DNA from: Hydrolagus affinis
Taxonomy: Eukaryota
Reading direction: 5' to 3'
Length of the DNA stretch: 64,000 nucleotides
Assembly (NCBI GenBank): GCA_012026655.1
Contig: JAAILG010001380.1
Location: 1-64,000 of the forward strand
Made by a program: the position numbers and the translations under genes. Positions 23,228-35,902 of the stretch are shown here, piece after piece. Under the pieces are notes generated by a model, which ran no database searches, was not told the DNA's origin, and saw only the letters and a list, made by a program, of their open reading frames with translations. Numbering within the stretch: position 1 is the stretch's first letter; each line of letters starts with the position of its first letter.

Positions 23228-24960
23228 ATCTGCAGCCTGTGGAGGGAGAGGTTGGGCAGGCTGACAAGCAAGGATTTGGAAAGCGAAGCTGAGATGTTAT
23301 GCATATATCAGAGTTTTGGCAGCCTGCGGTGTGAGACATTTGTGGAGTCGGACAATGTTGTAGAGGTGGGGGTAGTTAGAGCAGGTCATAATAATAATAA
23401 TCCTTACATTTATATAGCGCTTTCCACGTCTTATCAACGTCTCAAAGCGCTTCACAGAATACAACAACGTTCCAAGGTTGGGACCAGAGCAGGTGGGGAG
23501 GGAGAAGACAAGAGGGAAGAAAGGTCATGGCACGGATGTGGAGTAGAAAGGATAGTTGAGGGTCGAACAAGACGTCAAGGTTCTGGACTAGCTTAATGAG
23601 ATGGTGTGTGCATCCATGATGGTGATGCTGTCAGCACCTGAGGTACGGAGGTACTGACGGGAGCCAATCAGGAGAGCCTCGGTCTTGTTGATGTTCAACT
23701 GAAGAAAGGTAGCTCTCATCCAAGACTTGATGTCTGACAGACATTCTATCAACATAGCAGTGGTCCTGGAGTCAAGGGTGGAGGCAGATAGTTATAGTTG
23801 GGTCTCATCTGTGTGCATATAGAAGTTAACCCCATGACTGCGGATGATGTCACCAAGAAGGAGCATGTAGATATTGAAGAGGAGGGGACCAAGGACAGAG
23901 CTGCACGAGATGTTGAAGGGGCTAGAGGAGAAACTGTTTGTGGAGATGAAGTGAAGATGGTGTGAGATGGTAAAAGTACAAACTGAACCATTCAAGGACG
24001 GAACCATGAAGGTTGAGGTGAAAGGAGAGGCAGTGGATGAGGATGGAGTAGTCGATTGTGTCGAAGGCAGCAGAGATGTTAAGGAGGACGAGAAGGCAGA
24101 GAGATCCCTGGTTGCAGATGGACACAATGTCATTTGTCAATTTGACCAGAGCTGTTTCTGTGCTGTGCACAGCATGGAAACCTGATTGGAGGAGTTTGTG
24201 AAAGGAGTGGCGGGAGAGGAAGGAGCGAAGTTAGGAAGCAACAACACATTCCAGGATACTGGAGAGGAAAAGGGCGGTTGGAGATTGGGTGGTGATTTGA
24301 GAGCAGGAATTGGTCCAGGGAGGAATTTTAAGGATGGGAGTGATGACGGATGTTTTTAAAGAGGTGGGAATGGTGCCAGTGGACAGGAAGAGGTTGATGA
24401 AGTCTGTAAGTAGAGGGACAAGGTAGTGAATTTGGGAAATAAGCAGAGGGGTAGGGATAGGGTCAAGCAAGCGGTGGTTAGTTTCATGCGGGTTAAAGTG
24501 GTGATGAGAGAGGAGTGGGAGACAGGTTCAAAACACTCTGAGACGCCGTCCCGCATGGAGGGCTCTATATAAATTGAAGTTGTTGTTGTTGTTGAAATTG
24601 TTGTTGTTGTTGTTGTATGGAGGGAGGGATTGGTAGGGACCGGGGTGTAAAGGAGAGATTGGAAGAGGGTGGCAGACAGAAGGGCAGAGACAGCTGAACC
24701 TATTCCCTCAAATTTGGATTGGAGGAAGTCCAGCATCGTCTAGCGGGTGCCATTGGAGGTGTGGATGGGCGAGGCGTGAGAGGAAGGTGGATGGAGGAGC
24801 TGGTTGCTGATGGAGAAGAGGAGCCTGGGGTTGTCCTTCGCTTCCAAGATAGTCTTGGTGTAGAACAACAATTTAGTGGAGGTGAAGGACGAATAGTAGG
24901 ATTTGTGGCAGACCATATTTTGCACTACACTTTCTCTCCCCTCTCTCCCCACACACACCT
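23228..24960 (-). mobile_element. L2 LINE ORF2 (RT domain), ~1.7 kb with nested inserts
   Basis: LDPIPT.LL, HSTETALVKLTNDI, LLVLL(N)ISAAFDTIDY, SVLGPLLFNIYM, (H)T(D)ETQL in order. Inserts at ~23390-23530 and ~24530-24617. Confidence 0.93.
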
Positions 24961-25309
24961 GCTACTTGCTGCCGAGTGCTTATTCAGAGCTCGAAGATGA
25001 GATCTGCAAGTTGCAGATACAGTGCACATACAATGGTGAATTGTCCATCCAAGCATCCACTACCAAGGTCAGTAATATGCCTGATTGCAGAATTTAATTC
25101 CTCCTCATTACACATTCCCACAACACAGGTATGTAGGAACTGAAGTGATAGAAGGCCATTCACCTCACAAAGTGCAATGCCGCTACAGGGACATCAATTG
25201 AGTTAAACCCATATTCTATGTAGTCACATTGAACTGCCCCATTCAGCACCTGGAATCACTGATGTCTTCATGCTCAACTATTCCACTGGATAGCACCGGC
25301 ACCTCAGAA

Positions 25310-25616
25310 TAATAACAAGAATCCTTGCATTTGATATAGCACTTTTCATGTCTTCAAGACGTCTCAAAGCGCTTCACAGAATATACTGTAAAGTGAATTG
25401 ACTGTATATTTGTGGGTGAAATGGGGCAGCCAATTGCGCATAGCAGTGCCCCACAAACAATCATGGATTGAAATGACCAATTTATTATTGTGTATTTGAG
25501 GGATTGTTATTAAGCATGTGGAGTAAAGAAACTTGCCACGGTTTTGCTCTGCCTGGAATTGAACCCACGTCACTTGCTTGTAAGACAAGTGCCCTAACCA
25601 CTGAGCTACAGGACTT
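25310..25616 (-). mobile_element. tRNA-derived SINE, full length
   Basis: Reverse complement of the 12523 and 30843 copies from head to tail. Confidence 0.9.
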
Positions 25617-27039
25617 TATTGGGTAGAATTGTGTAAGAGGAGGGGTAATAGTTACAAAAAGGCATCAGATTTTAGACTGGACAGTTGAATGACAAGATTG
25701 GGATAGACAATAATATCCTGGGACTGAATAACTGATCAAAAAAGCTTGTTAGTCAGTTTTCGGGGAAATCAATGACCAAATTCAAAACTATGCGTCTCAA
25801 GGCATAAACAAAGTTTAGGCCACAGAGGCAAGGGAAGACAGACAGGATTTTGTTTCCCATCAATTTCCTCCCCTCTAATGGTGAGGTAAGACAGTGAATG
25901 ACTCAAGCTGAGATCTGGCACCGCAATGCTCTGACACTCACCAACTTGGTGTGTGAGCCCTGACTGGATTATTTGATGAGAGTGCAGATTTTAGTCACTT
26001 CTCGACACTTCAATAGCATTTCCTCACATTGCCCAAGTTGTTTCTGATCAGTGAAGAACGGTACAATGACTCATAAGGTTTAGAGTGCTGCTTTCCCAGG
26101 GCAGCTTTGTTCTAACCTCAAACATTTCCTGTACATAGCGTTGTTTACCTGCTGACTGGCAATGGTTTCAGATTTACCTTTAGAAAGTATGACAACCATT
26201 TTAAAATGTAATGTCTTAAAACAGCCTAGGTTCCACACTATTCGCAAACTTCATTTAATTTACAAACATCTTTCAGACACTCCAAGGTGGATTATTACAG
26301 CTTCCAAAATTCTTCCCTCTGTCCCACCCCCACCCCACCCCCCTCACCTAACCTAAAGGTTGTTTTTAAGTGAAAGCAAACTGATGCATATCTACAGCAA
26401 GAAAGATTAGAAACGGCTATTTTGCAGATGCTGCAACTTCACCACTAATATTCCCTCACGAATGATATCCAGTTTCTGTCTGCTGCCATCTGAAGCCGCC
26501 ATGATCAAATTTAACAGGCAGCGACCTAAATTATTTAAGAAATTTTAATTGTTTGAATCGCTTCTTTTTTTAAATACAAATTACTCTCTCTTTCACAGAT
26601 TAAAAAAGGCACATTGAAATCCTCGATGACCAATTTAATTGGAGAAGATGATACTCATAGAGCAATGCTGAATAGACTTTGACTGGTATCTGACTCTAAC
26701 TCTGGAAATGGCAGCTCAGAAGTAATATGATGCTTGAATTTCCCTTAACCTGTCTGTGCCGGTATGCTCAGATCAACCATAATCTGTTGGAGATCACAGC
26801 TTGATCAGAGGATAAAGAGTTCCCTGTTTCTTATCTACACACTGAGCTGTGCAAAGCTCCTCTTGCAAAGCTGCAAAGTCTCATGAATCTGCAAATCATT
26901 TTAAGTTAAAAGGAACCATTAGGTTTAGGTCAAGTTGAAGGCTGGCCCAATTTTAACCCAAAGTATGAAAGGCCAAGCAAAAAGTCACCTGTCTGTCCTC
27001 AGAGCCCGAAGTGAGAAAAAGCAGGAGGAAATTTTATTA

Positions 27040-27405
27040 CAGTAATAATAAGTCTTATAGTTGGTATAAGGGCCTATCATGTGGGGAGGAATACGTCAAA
27101 GCACTTCACAGTATCTTACTGTAAAATGGTGTGTTTGTGTAGGTAAACTCGACAACCAATTTGCACAGAACAATGTCCCCAAAATAATAATAATAATCCT
27201 TGCATTTGATATAGTGCTTTTCACATCTATCGACGTCTCAAAGCGTTTCACAGAATATACTGTAAAGTGAATTGACTGTATATTTGTGGGCAAAATGCGG
27301 CAGCCAATTGTGCACAGCAGTGTCCCACAAACAGTCGTGGATTGAAAATGACCAATTTTTATTATTATGTTTTTTTTTGGCAGGATTATTATTAGGCATT
27401 AGCCA
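27040..27405 (-). mobile_element. Two stacked SINE 3' halves
   Basis: A young SINE tail (27183-27400) adjoins an older one (27045-27182). Confidence 0.8.
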
Positions 27406-27637
27406 TGAAGTAAACGTTCATTTTTTTAGGCACTGGGAAAAACTCCCTTTTCTTAGGCGCTAAATCAAATGCAAGAATTGTTACTATTACTTTATTAAAA
27501 ATACATAATGCCATGAGATCTTTAACATCCCCTGGAACAGGTAGATTGGACCTTGGTTTAACATCTTATTTCAAAGCCAACAATGGATCACAGCCTCAGC
27601 ACTGCATTTGAGTGTCAGCTTGATGTGGTACTTCAGC

Positions 27638-27670
<33 letters not shown>

Positions 27671-28681
27671 GCACCTAGAATCATAGAACATTTGTTCAGC
27701 ACAAAACCTGAGTTAGGCTGATATCATTTGAGATATTGAGGGAATTTAATTTGAGTAAGTGCAGTCTGAGCAACACTATTAATGACGCTATTATTTGAAG
27801 AATTGGAAACATGCTGAATTGGATTACCGATAGTTCAGCGACTGTTTGGGCTGCTCTGATGAGCAAAGAAGCATTTAGTTTAAATTTAAATATAGCCAGC
27901 CAGTGCAAATACATTATGAAATCCAAACATGTTTGTTCTTTCTGAGTGAAACACTGCCTTCCTGTAAAAAATGTAGATCTTACCAGCACAGACATGAATA
28001 CTCTCACCTCTGTGTTAGAAGATTGGAATTTATAATCCATGCTGACGTTCCAGTGCAGTGCTGGGGGTGCTGTATTGTTGGAGGTGCCAACGTTTAGATG
28101 AGACATTAAATCGAGATCCGGTCCATCTAATTATGTGGATGTTAAAGATCAATACAGGACAATGCAATTAATGTTTTATACAACCTTTTACAATGGGAGG
28201 ATGTCTCAAAGCACATTTATAGTGCTGGAGGTGGGAGCCGGGTGGTGCAGAAGGAAAAGACGATTGAAAGCAATCAACAACAACAACAACAATATTACAT
28301 TTGTATAGTACCTTTCAGTCAAACAGATTTGCTTTGAGATGTGGTTTGAAAGAAGGAAAGGAATGAGGCCTTCTTCTGGGCTGTAAATCTATGTGGTTTT
28401 ATGGTTCAAAATACTCTCTTCCTGTTGGCTCCGGCGCACTGTACTGGTAAACTACATACTTTATCTGTTTTTATTTTTCCAACATGCCAAAATGGGGGTC
28501 CCTGATGCCTTGGCTTTTGCTAGCCCATACTTCTGTTCTCCACAAATAGGCAAGAGCATGTGCGTTGGAGAAGGCGAATCCTCTGTCAGTGCTTTCCCTC
28601 CCCCCACCACGATCCATCCCAAGGAGGATTGAGTTCACTCAATCCAGAAGTGATATGTGTAGACTTCTCACTCACTGGAAT

Positions 28682-29130
28682 TCAACAACAACAACAACTT
28701 GGATTTATATAGCGCCCTCCACGCCGGACAGCATCTCAGAGTGTGTTCCAATAACGGATCCTGGGGTCAAGCCAGGAGGAAGGGGAAAAAGGTGACCGAA
28801 AGCGCAATCCAAAAGAAAGGTCTCTAGCCAAGACCTGAAAATAGAAAGAGAAGGCAAAGGGAGTGAGGACGGGAGTTCCAGAGCTTCGGGGCATAGTGGC
28901 TGAAGGTACAGCCATCAGCGTTGAGCAGAAGATTCGGGGGAACAAGGAGGACACCAGACCCAGTGGAGCAAAAGCAACAGGTGCTGTTGTGAGGAGAGAG
29001 GAGGTCAGAGAGGTAGGGGGGGTGCAGAGGAGTGGAGAGATTTGAAAACAAGAGGGAGGATCTTTAAATCGATCCTCAGGGACAGGGAGTTAGTGAAGTC
29101 TGACAAGGACTGGGTTTAATCGGGGAGGCT
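28682..29130 (-). mobile_element. L2 LINE 3' fragment (GGAGGGCGCTATAT tail type)
   Basis: PPYLSDLL and TFSHYAPKLWNS motifs, tail gagatgctgtccggcgtggagggcgctatataaatcc(GTT)n. Confidence 0.88.
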
Positions 29131-29699
29131 CTTCGCATGAAACAAGATACCCAGCTGACTAACATCAAATTCTATCTGCATCAGTATTTGAAACACATCT
29201 TTGAATCATTACTGATTCCTGACAAATAAGACACAAATTGGGCAGCTTGTGTACATTTTAGGAGTGGTGTGTGAGATAACTGATGACTTTTGAGTGCTGC
29301 ATGCTCAGACAGAATAGTCAGAGGCATCTTTCACTCTGAGTAACTTGTTAATAATACGCTTCACATCCACAACACAGTTTGTCATGAGACAACAAGGGTT
29401 TATGTTTTTACTGGTTTGCCCAATTAGGGGTAGGCTCCGAAAAATGTGAAAAAAGTGAACTGGCTGTTACAATTCATCCTCCGAAAGAAAGGGAAATGAA
29501 CAGTGAAGCTCATTACCCATCCTCCGTTAACACCTCAAGAATTTCAATTCTGTATTTCACAATACTTTTAAATTAGACAAAACACGGATAGTTTTGTTCA
29601 GAATGCACTAGCTCACCAAGACTTTCAAATTAAACTCCTTCACTATCTTAGATTTAATTCCCTGTCTTCAATTGTGCTCCCTGACCGTTTCACTACTTG

Positions 29700-29812
29700 T
29701 GACCGCACTCTCTCCTTGTGATGGACCCCTCTCTCCACCAGTAATAGGACTCTCTCTCTGCCTATGATGAGCCTCTCTCTACCTGTGTTGTTACTCTCTC
29801 TCCCTGTAATGC
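29700..29812 (+). repeat. Degenerate ~22-24 bp minisatellite
   Basis: About five units of ctctctct.cc.gt(g/a)at.gac. Confidence 0.5.
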
Positions 29813-30842
29813 TATAGATTCCAGGACTACCTTAAGGCAGTGCCTACCTTATGAAATACAAACTTTAAATTGTGGATGATTATTTAATTGTTTCTATTTT
29901 TACAATGCACATTTTACATAATGCAAACAATTTTTAGTAGAAACTACCAAAATTGTTTAACTGCGATTTGATGTGCCTATCTTAAAAGCAACAGAAAGGC
30001 AGCGAGATGCCATGCCTTTTTTACCTATTGAGTTGAATGTAGTTCCAATGCGTATGCGCGTTCCTTTCTCAGTGTCTCAGTAATGGGTGCAATAGGCACA
30101 AGCTACCACTGCCTTTCCTCTTTCTATCAATTGCAATCAGGTCACATTGAAATACCATCTCTGCGCATACGTATTTGCGGAAAAAATGACTGGGAAAAAG
30201 GCAGAGTCTGCTGCTGCCTAAGGCGGCGTGGCCCCTGCCCCCAAAAGTTCATATGGACTGAGGAAATTGCCAACCCTGTCATTTTATCCACCGCACATCA
30301 CTGGTCCACAGTACCACAACACACAGTCAACAAAAATAAATTACAGTCACTACACTTTACATTAATTACTGTGAAGCGTTTTGAGATGTTTCAACGTAAT
30401 AAGGTGTTGTATCAATGCCAGCGATTATCCATTATTGCTTTACGTTTGAATTAAGGCACCTTGAACATGTCAGTCAGTCAGTGTTAAGTACTTCCATTAA
30501 GCTGCAAGCAATTCTTTGTTCAATATAACACATGGGCTCCTATTCATTACATAAATTTTACTCCAGCAAGCAGCCCATTGCTGAACTCATACGAGATGGA
30601 GCCATGAGTGGATTATATGGGTCAATGTCACAAGTAGCGGAAAAGTAATTTACCATTGGGAATTGTTCAAGCCTTGGTTCAGTCTGTTTTCTTGAAGTTT
30701 TAATATGTTTGGTTTGGGGGGAAATGTATGGTTAACATTTATTTCAGGAAGACAGTGCTGTAGATTGTGAAATAGAATCCATTTACACTCGGGGTGATGT
30801 GACTCTGAAAACCACTTCAAGTGAATTGTCAACACTGCAAGG

Positions 30843-31142
30843 TGGAGTACTGTAGCTCAGTGGTTAGAGTACTCATCTTGCAAGTGAGAGACCTGGATTC
30901 AACTCCAGGCGGGGCGAAACCTTAGGCAAGATTCCTTACTCCACAAGCCTGATAATAATCCCTTGAAAAAATTAATAATAAATTGGCCATTTCAATCCAT
31001 GACTGTTTGTGGGACGCCGCTGTGCGCAATGTAATTCACCCACAAATATACAGTCAATTCACTTTGCAGCATACTAGGTGAAACACTTTGAGACGTCCAG
31101 AAAACGTAAAAAGCACTATATGAAATGCAAGGATTATTATTT
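30843..31142 (+). mobile_element. tRNA-derived SINE, full length
   Basis: Head, central segment, Deu-like part, L2-like tail. Confidence 0.9.
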
Positions 31143-31579
31143 ATAGAGTTGGGGAGCAGGTGATGAAGATCTCTGCTGTTCAGAGGGTGGAGGAGAGTGG
31201 GGCAAAGGAGCTATTGTGGGTGAATCAGAGCACAAGACACTAATGTAAAGGATAATGTATCCAGAGATATAATAGACCATGACAGGCCAGCATCCTGAGA
31301 GATCTGCAGCAAGGAAAGCTATTGCAAAATATGCTTAGCATTAGTGAAAGCTGCTTTAACAAGAGTTCCATGTTGCGGTTATGAGAGACTTGGCAGAGGC
31401 GCGACTGCTGGTTAGTATCTGAACTAAAGTTAGAGTGGGTTTCCCTCCTGGTCATCTTTTTACATTAATTCCACATTAATTTGCGTCGTGCTCCACCACT
31501 GTCAACCCTTTCTAGGACCCTACCCTGAGTGAGGGACGCTGTATAAATGCAAGTTGTTGTTGTAATTTAAGTTCCATTT

Positions 31580-31945
31580 CAGTCACTTGTGTCAGAAGGC
31601 TCAAGCTTCACATCACAGAATTCACAGACTAAGCTGACACACCAATGCAATCCTTGGGGAGCACTGCAACAATGCAATCCTTCAGATGAGATGTTAACCC
31701 AACATATCATCTGCCCGTTCAGGTAGACATTAAAGATTCCTTGGCTGTATTCGGTAAGAGAAGCGCATTTCTCTCACTGACCTGGCCAACAATCCCCCAA
31801 ATAAAATTTGTGGGACACATTAATCTGTGCACAATGGCTGCCTCGTTCCCCTACAAATTCACAGAAAGGTTTATAGTAAATCCCGTGAAGGGCTTTTAGA
31901 CAATTCAACTGTGTGATAAGGCTCTACGCAATGCAATACAAAATT
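31580..31945 (+). mobile_element. Deu-SINE, old
   Basis: cttcagatgagatgttaacc...ttcaggtagacattaaagattcc...cctggccaac Deu domain. Confidence 0.75.
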
Positions 31946-33268
31946 ACAATTGTATAGTGCCTTTGACATCAGGAGGACATCAAGGCGCTGGACAGTCCAG
32001 TCAGGGATTTTGATCTGAGCTATGGGTTGGGATTGGGGAGGGTGGAGAGCGGGCAGGGTAGAAAGGCAGCCAATGATTTTAATATTAGTTGCAGCACAGA
32101 GCAGCGCTGATGTTTCCTTGTGAGGCCCTGAGGGGGACTGAATTAAGGATTGGCCACGTGGTGCATGGAACAATGTGAGTCATAGCCTGATTGATTCATT
32201 GACGTGCTCTACCTATGGATGAGCGAGGACACAACTGCTGAGAAATCACAGTGGCCAGGATATTACTCAGATGATTATATGTCATCACTTCAATTATCTT
32301 GTAATAGTTGTCTGCTACTTGTTCTGGAAAGAAAAGGGGTCTAATGTGCAGGAGCCGCAAATTGATTTGTAGTTGGTGAATGTTCCTGCATGTTCCAGGG
32401 GTTGTGTCGGAGGCTTGAACCTTTGGAATTCTGCTGTGACGCCGAACCACACCAATTTCCTGCCGAACAGCAGGAGGCTCCTTTGGCAGCAGTCCAGCAT
32501 CACGGAAATCGGAAGTCAGATTGGCGTGGAGCGGAGTTCCAGCAGGTTGACCTCTGACAAGCCTGGGTACCTGCAGGATTCACTATTTATGACTTCAGCA
32601 AATTAGACCCAAATGTTCCCAGTACATACATTTACGTGCTATTACTTGAGTGCAGTGTGCTGTCAGACATCAGACCAAATGTGGTTTAACCCTTAGGATC
32701 CCAGTACTTTACCGTTTCCTGTTTCTTGGTTGAGACCTTGTGTACAGTTTCAATTCAGTGAGAACTGAAGAGCCCCCGTCCCCACCCCCCACACTGGGCA
32801 CTCTATGATGTACTTCACAGGGAAGAACTGGAATGACTCCACTTAATTTAGAGTGAATGGTTACATTAGGAAGCAAGACAGAGCTATCTGTCCCCAGGAA
32901 AAGCTTGGGCCCAGCAGAGTACTGATGTGAACTCACCGATTCTGAGCTTTCCTGGCCACAACAGCTGAGGATCCATTTCGCCCACAAAACATACAGTCAC
33001 TGCACTTTACTGTTTATTCTGTGAAGCACTTTGCGACATCTCAATGACATGATAAGGCGCTATATCAATACCAGAACTATTGTAATGATTATGGTGATTA
33101 TTATTATTATTAAGTTTGTCCAAAAATCTGCTCCCATTAAAATCAACAAGATATGGAATCCAATATGGGCAAAAGATCAGTCCCACTTTAATGTGTTAAA
33201 GCACCAAAAAGAAGAAATTCACTGTTATGACACAATTAATTATCCCTATTTCTGTGGGTAATATTTAT

Positions 33269-33455
33269 AATCATAGAAATTTTCAGCGCAGAAGGAGGCC
33301 ATTCAGCCCATCAAGTCTACATTGGCTCTCAGAGAAAGCTATACTCTCAATCCCATTGCACCTCACCACATCAAACCTCTTCATGTTTTAAACCTCCTCA
33401 ATCTGTGTCCTTCCCTTGTGAAAACCATTTAAATGAAAATCATTCCATCTCTACT
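33269..33455 (-). mobile_element. CR1-type LINE 3' end
   Basis: aatcatagaaat...agaaggaggccattcagcccatc is the reverse complement of the CR1 3' terminus. Confidence 0.7.
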
Positions 33456-33459
33456 GTAT

Positions 33460-33688
33460 TTCAGCTACCACGCCCAGAAGCTCTGGAACTCCCTTCCTCA
33501 CTCCCTTCACCTAGCCCCCTCTCTTCCCAGTTTCAGGTCTCAGCTAAAGACCTTTCTCTTCGACCGTGCCTTTGGTCACCTTTCTATCCCTGCTCCTGGC
33601 TTAGTCCCGGGATCCGTCATTGTGAAGCGCTCCGAGACGCTGTCCAGCATGGAGGGCGCTATATAAATCGAAGTTGTTGTTGTTGTTA
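33460..33688 (+). mobile_element. L2 3' end, young (CpGs retained)
   Basis: HAQKLWNSLPHSL..FRSQLKTFLFDRAF, then tgtgaagcgctccgagacgctgtccagcatggagggcgctatataaatcgaa(GTT)n. Confidence 0.88.
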
Positions 33689-35284
33689 TTTGCTTGTTTA
33701 AGCATAACCACCCTTAACTGAATACAAGCCAAATGCCGTTTAAACAGTGTTAAACATTTCCTGTTTTTTAAAGTAAAGAAAATGTTGGCCTACCACTACA
33801 AGTAAACATTGACATGATAATTTCTGACCATATCTTTTCAGAAAAGAGCAACATCTGGCTTTATAATACACATTTTCTCTTACTTTAGCACTGGAGCAAC
33901 TCAATAGCAGTTGGATAAAAGAATGAAACTTTTAAGTTGCATCAAGGACTGCTCTATAGTAGTGTGGGCGAGAAATTGTGGTTTCCATTGCCTGCTCTTA
34001 TCAACTGTGTAGCTCTTGTGGAAGTAAGAGCTGCTCACACGCTCAGCAGACACAGAGCACCACTTACCAGCTGCTAACCAGCTTGTGATATTTCTAATGA
34101 TTGAAAAGAGCTGACAAGATAGAGGGATAATAAAGCCCTACAGTTGAATGGCTCACAATAGTTTGGGTTCTGCAAGCTTTGTGACCGAGTAAGATTGTAC
34201 GACAGTGAGAGGTATTAAAATCTACTTTAAAGGTGATTCAGACAGTACTGTATATCTGAACCACATCCTCTGAAAGTGGACACTGCTAGTCTGGATTATT
34301 CAAATGAGACGTCCTCTAATAAATGCCTTCACTTCTTTCTCAACAAAGTGCGTTATTCAATTACTGTTCATTTGCTGATAACATAGAAAACGGGAGTAAT
34401 GATAATGACTGCAAGGGTTGGATTACTGCCATATGGTTTTAAAGGGTAAGGATAATACAGCAGTGAACAATTCCCATTGACTTTTGTGGGACACCACCCC
34501 ACGAGGTGACAGAGTCACAGTGACTGCTTCACTCCACTTAATTGTTCTGTGTCTTCATGCACCACAGGCCCTATTTCCTGCAGAGCAGGTGGAAAGCCTA
34601 ACCTCAACAGGAAGTGGTCAGGGGCTCTGCTGGGCTGTTTCTGGATGGCCAGTTGGAGAAATGGAATATAGGAAGTAAACTATGTCTTTCATGCCCATTG
34701 GACTGTGCACAATGGATAAAAGATGAAGTGGGATGAACTTGGGTGATTTCACTTCCACGCCTGTCAGAACCAAATTCCTACAGATCTGTCTGTTGTCCTT
34801 CTGCTATTCTGGGCTCATGTTTTGTATTCCACAATGAGGAACAGATTCTTTTGGGTCTAGTCAGTTGGGTGTCTGTCAAATGCGGAAACCCATCACCATG
34901 CTTAAAAGTATCTAACCCAAATTGAGAGTTCCATGCATCGAAAAGGGGGGAGGGCATTGGGTCATTAGTGGCTCTCCTCATCACCTTTCACACGGTTGTA
35001 ATAAAGTCTGAGCATTGAGTTCCCATGGGTCGGGCTGACATACTAGAAGGTGTCCTTATTTGCAGCTTGGAGTACAATTAAGGATTAATCTTCTAAATTA
35101 TCAGAATTTAGATTCATTAACAATATTTATATTTTTATACATTTAACTTGCTGGTCAATTGAACCACCGTCTATCTTTGTTGAAATCCTTTAAACTGCTC
35201 TACATAAAGCTTTAGAAGGACTCAAATCAAAAGTCTCCTTGATTGATTCAATCTCTGAGAAGAATAGGGCATTATAATAATCCT

Positions 35285-35450
35285 TGCAAAACACAAAATA
35301 CTGCAGGATGCTGGAAATCTGAAACATAAGTCACTGGGAACACTCAGCAGGTCAAGAAGCATCTATGGAGAAAGGAAAGTGAATCAATGTTTCGGGTCCA
35401 AAACCATTCTGACTAAAGGTTTCTTTCTCCATAGATGCTGCCTGACAGCA
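35285..35450. mobile_element. Penelope-like terminal foldback
   Basis: gatgctggaaatctgaaac...ctgggaacactcagcaggtc...gcatctatggagaaag, with inverted ctttctccatagatgctgcctgac. Confidence 0.6.
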
Positions 35451-35584
35451 TAATAATCCTAGCATTTGTAGGTGAATGCTGCAGACAATTTATACACAGC
35501 AATATTCCACAAACAGCCATGAAGCGAATGATCAATTTTATTTAGGGGATTGTTGGCTACACTACCAGGAAAACAAAGTTCCTG

Positions 35585-35902
35585 GAGCTCCCGTGGCTTA
35601 GTGGTTAGAGCACTTATCTTGCAAACTGGGGAGACCTGTGTTCAAATCCAGGCAGGTCAGGGCGAAACCTTGGGCAAGTTTCCTTACTCCACACGCCTAA
35701 TAATAATCCGTCCAAAAAAACCACAATAATAAAATTGGTAATTTCAATCCACGACTGTTTGTGGGACACTGCTCTGCGCAGTGGCTGCCACGATTCACCT
35801 ACAAATATACAGTCAATTCACTTTACAATATATTCTATGAAGCGCTTTGGTACGTTGATAAGATGTGAAAAGCGCTATATCAAATGCAAGGATTATTATT
35901 AT
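35585..35902 (+). mobile_element. tRNA-derived SINE, full length
   Basis: Head to (ATT)n tail. It is nested inside a minus-strand Deu-SINE (pieces at ~35450-35580 and ~35905-36120). Confidence 0.88.

Noticed and set aside
27696-28106. 136-aa minus-strand ORF
   Set aside because: It begins inside a Deu-SINE and has no coding signature.
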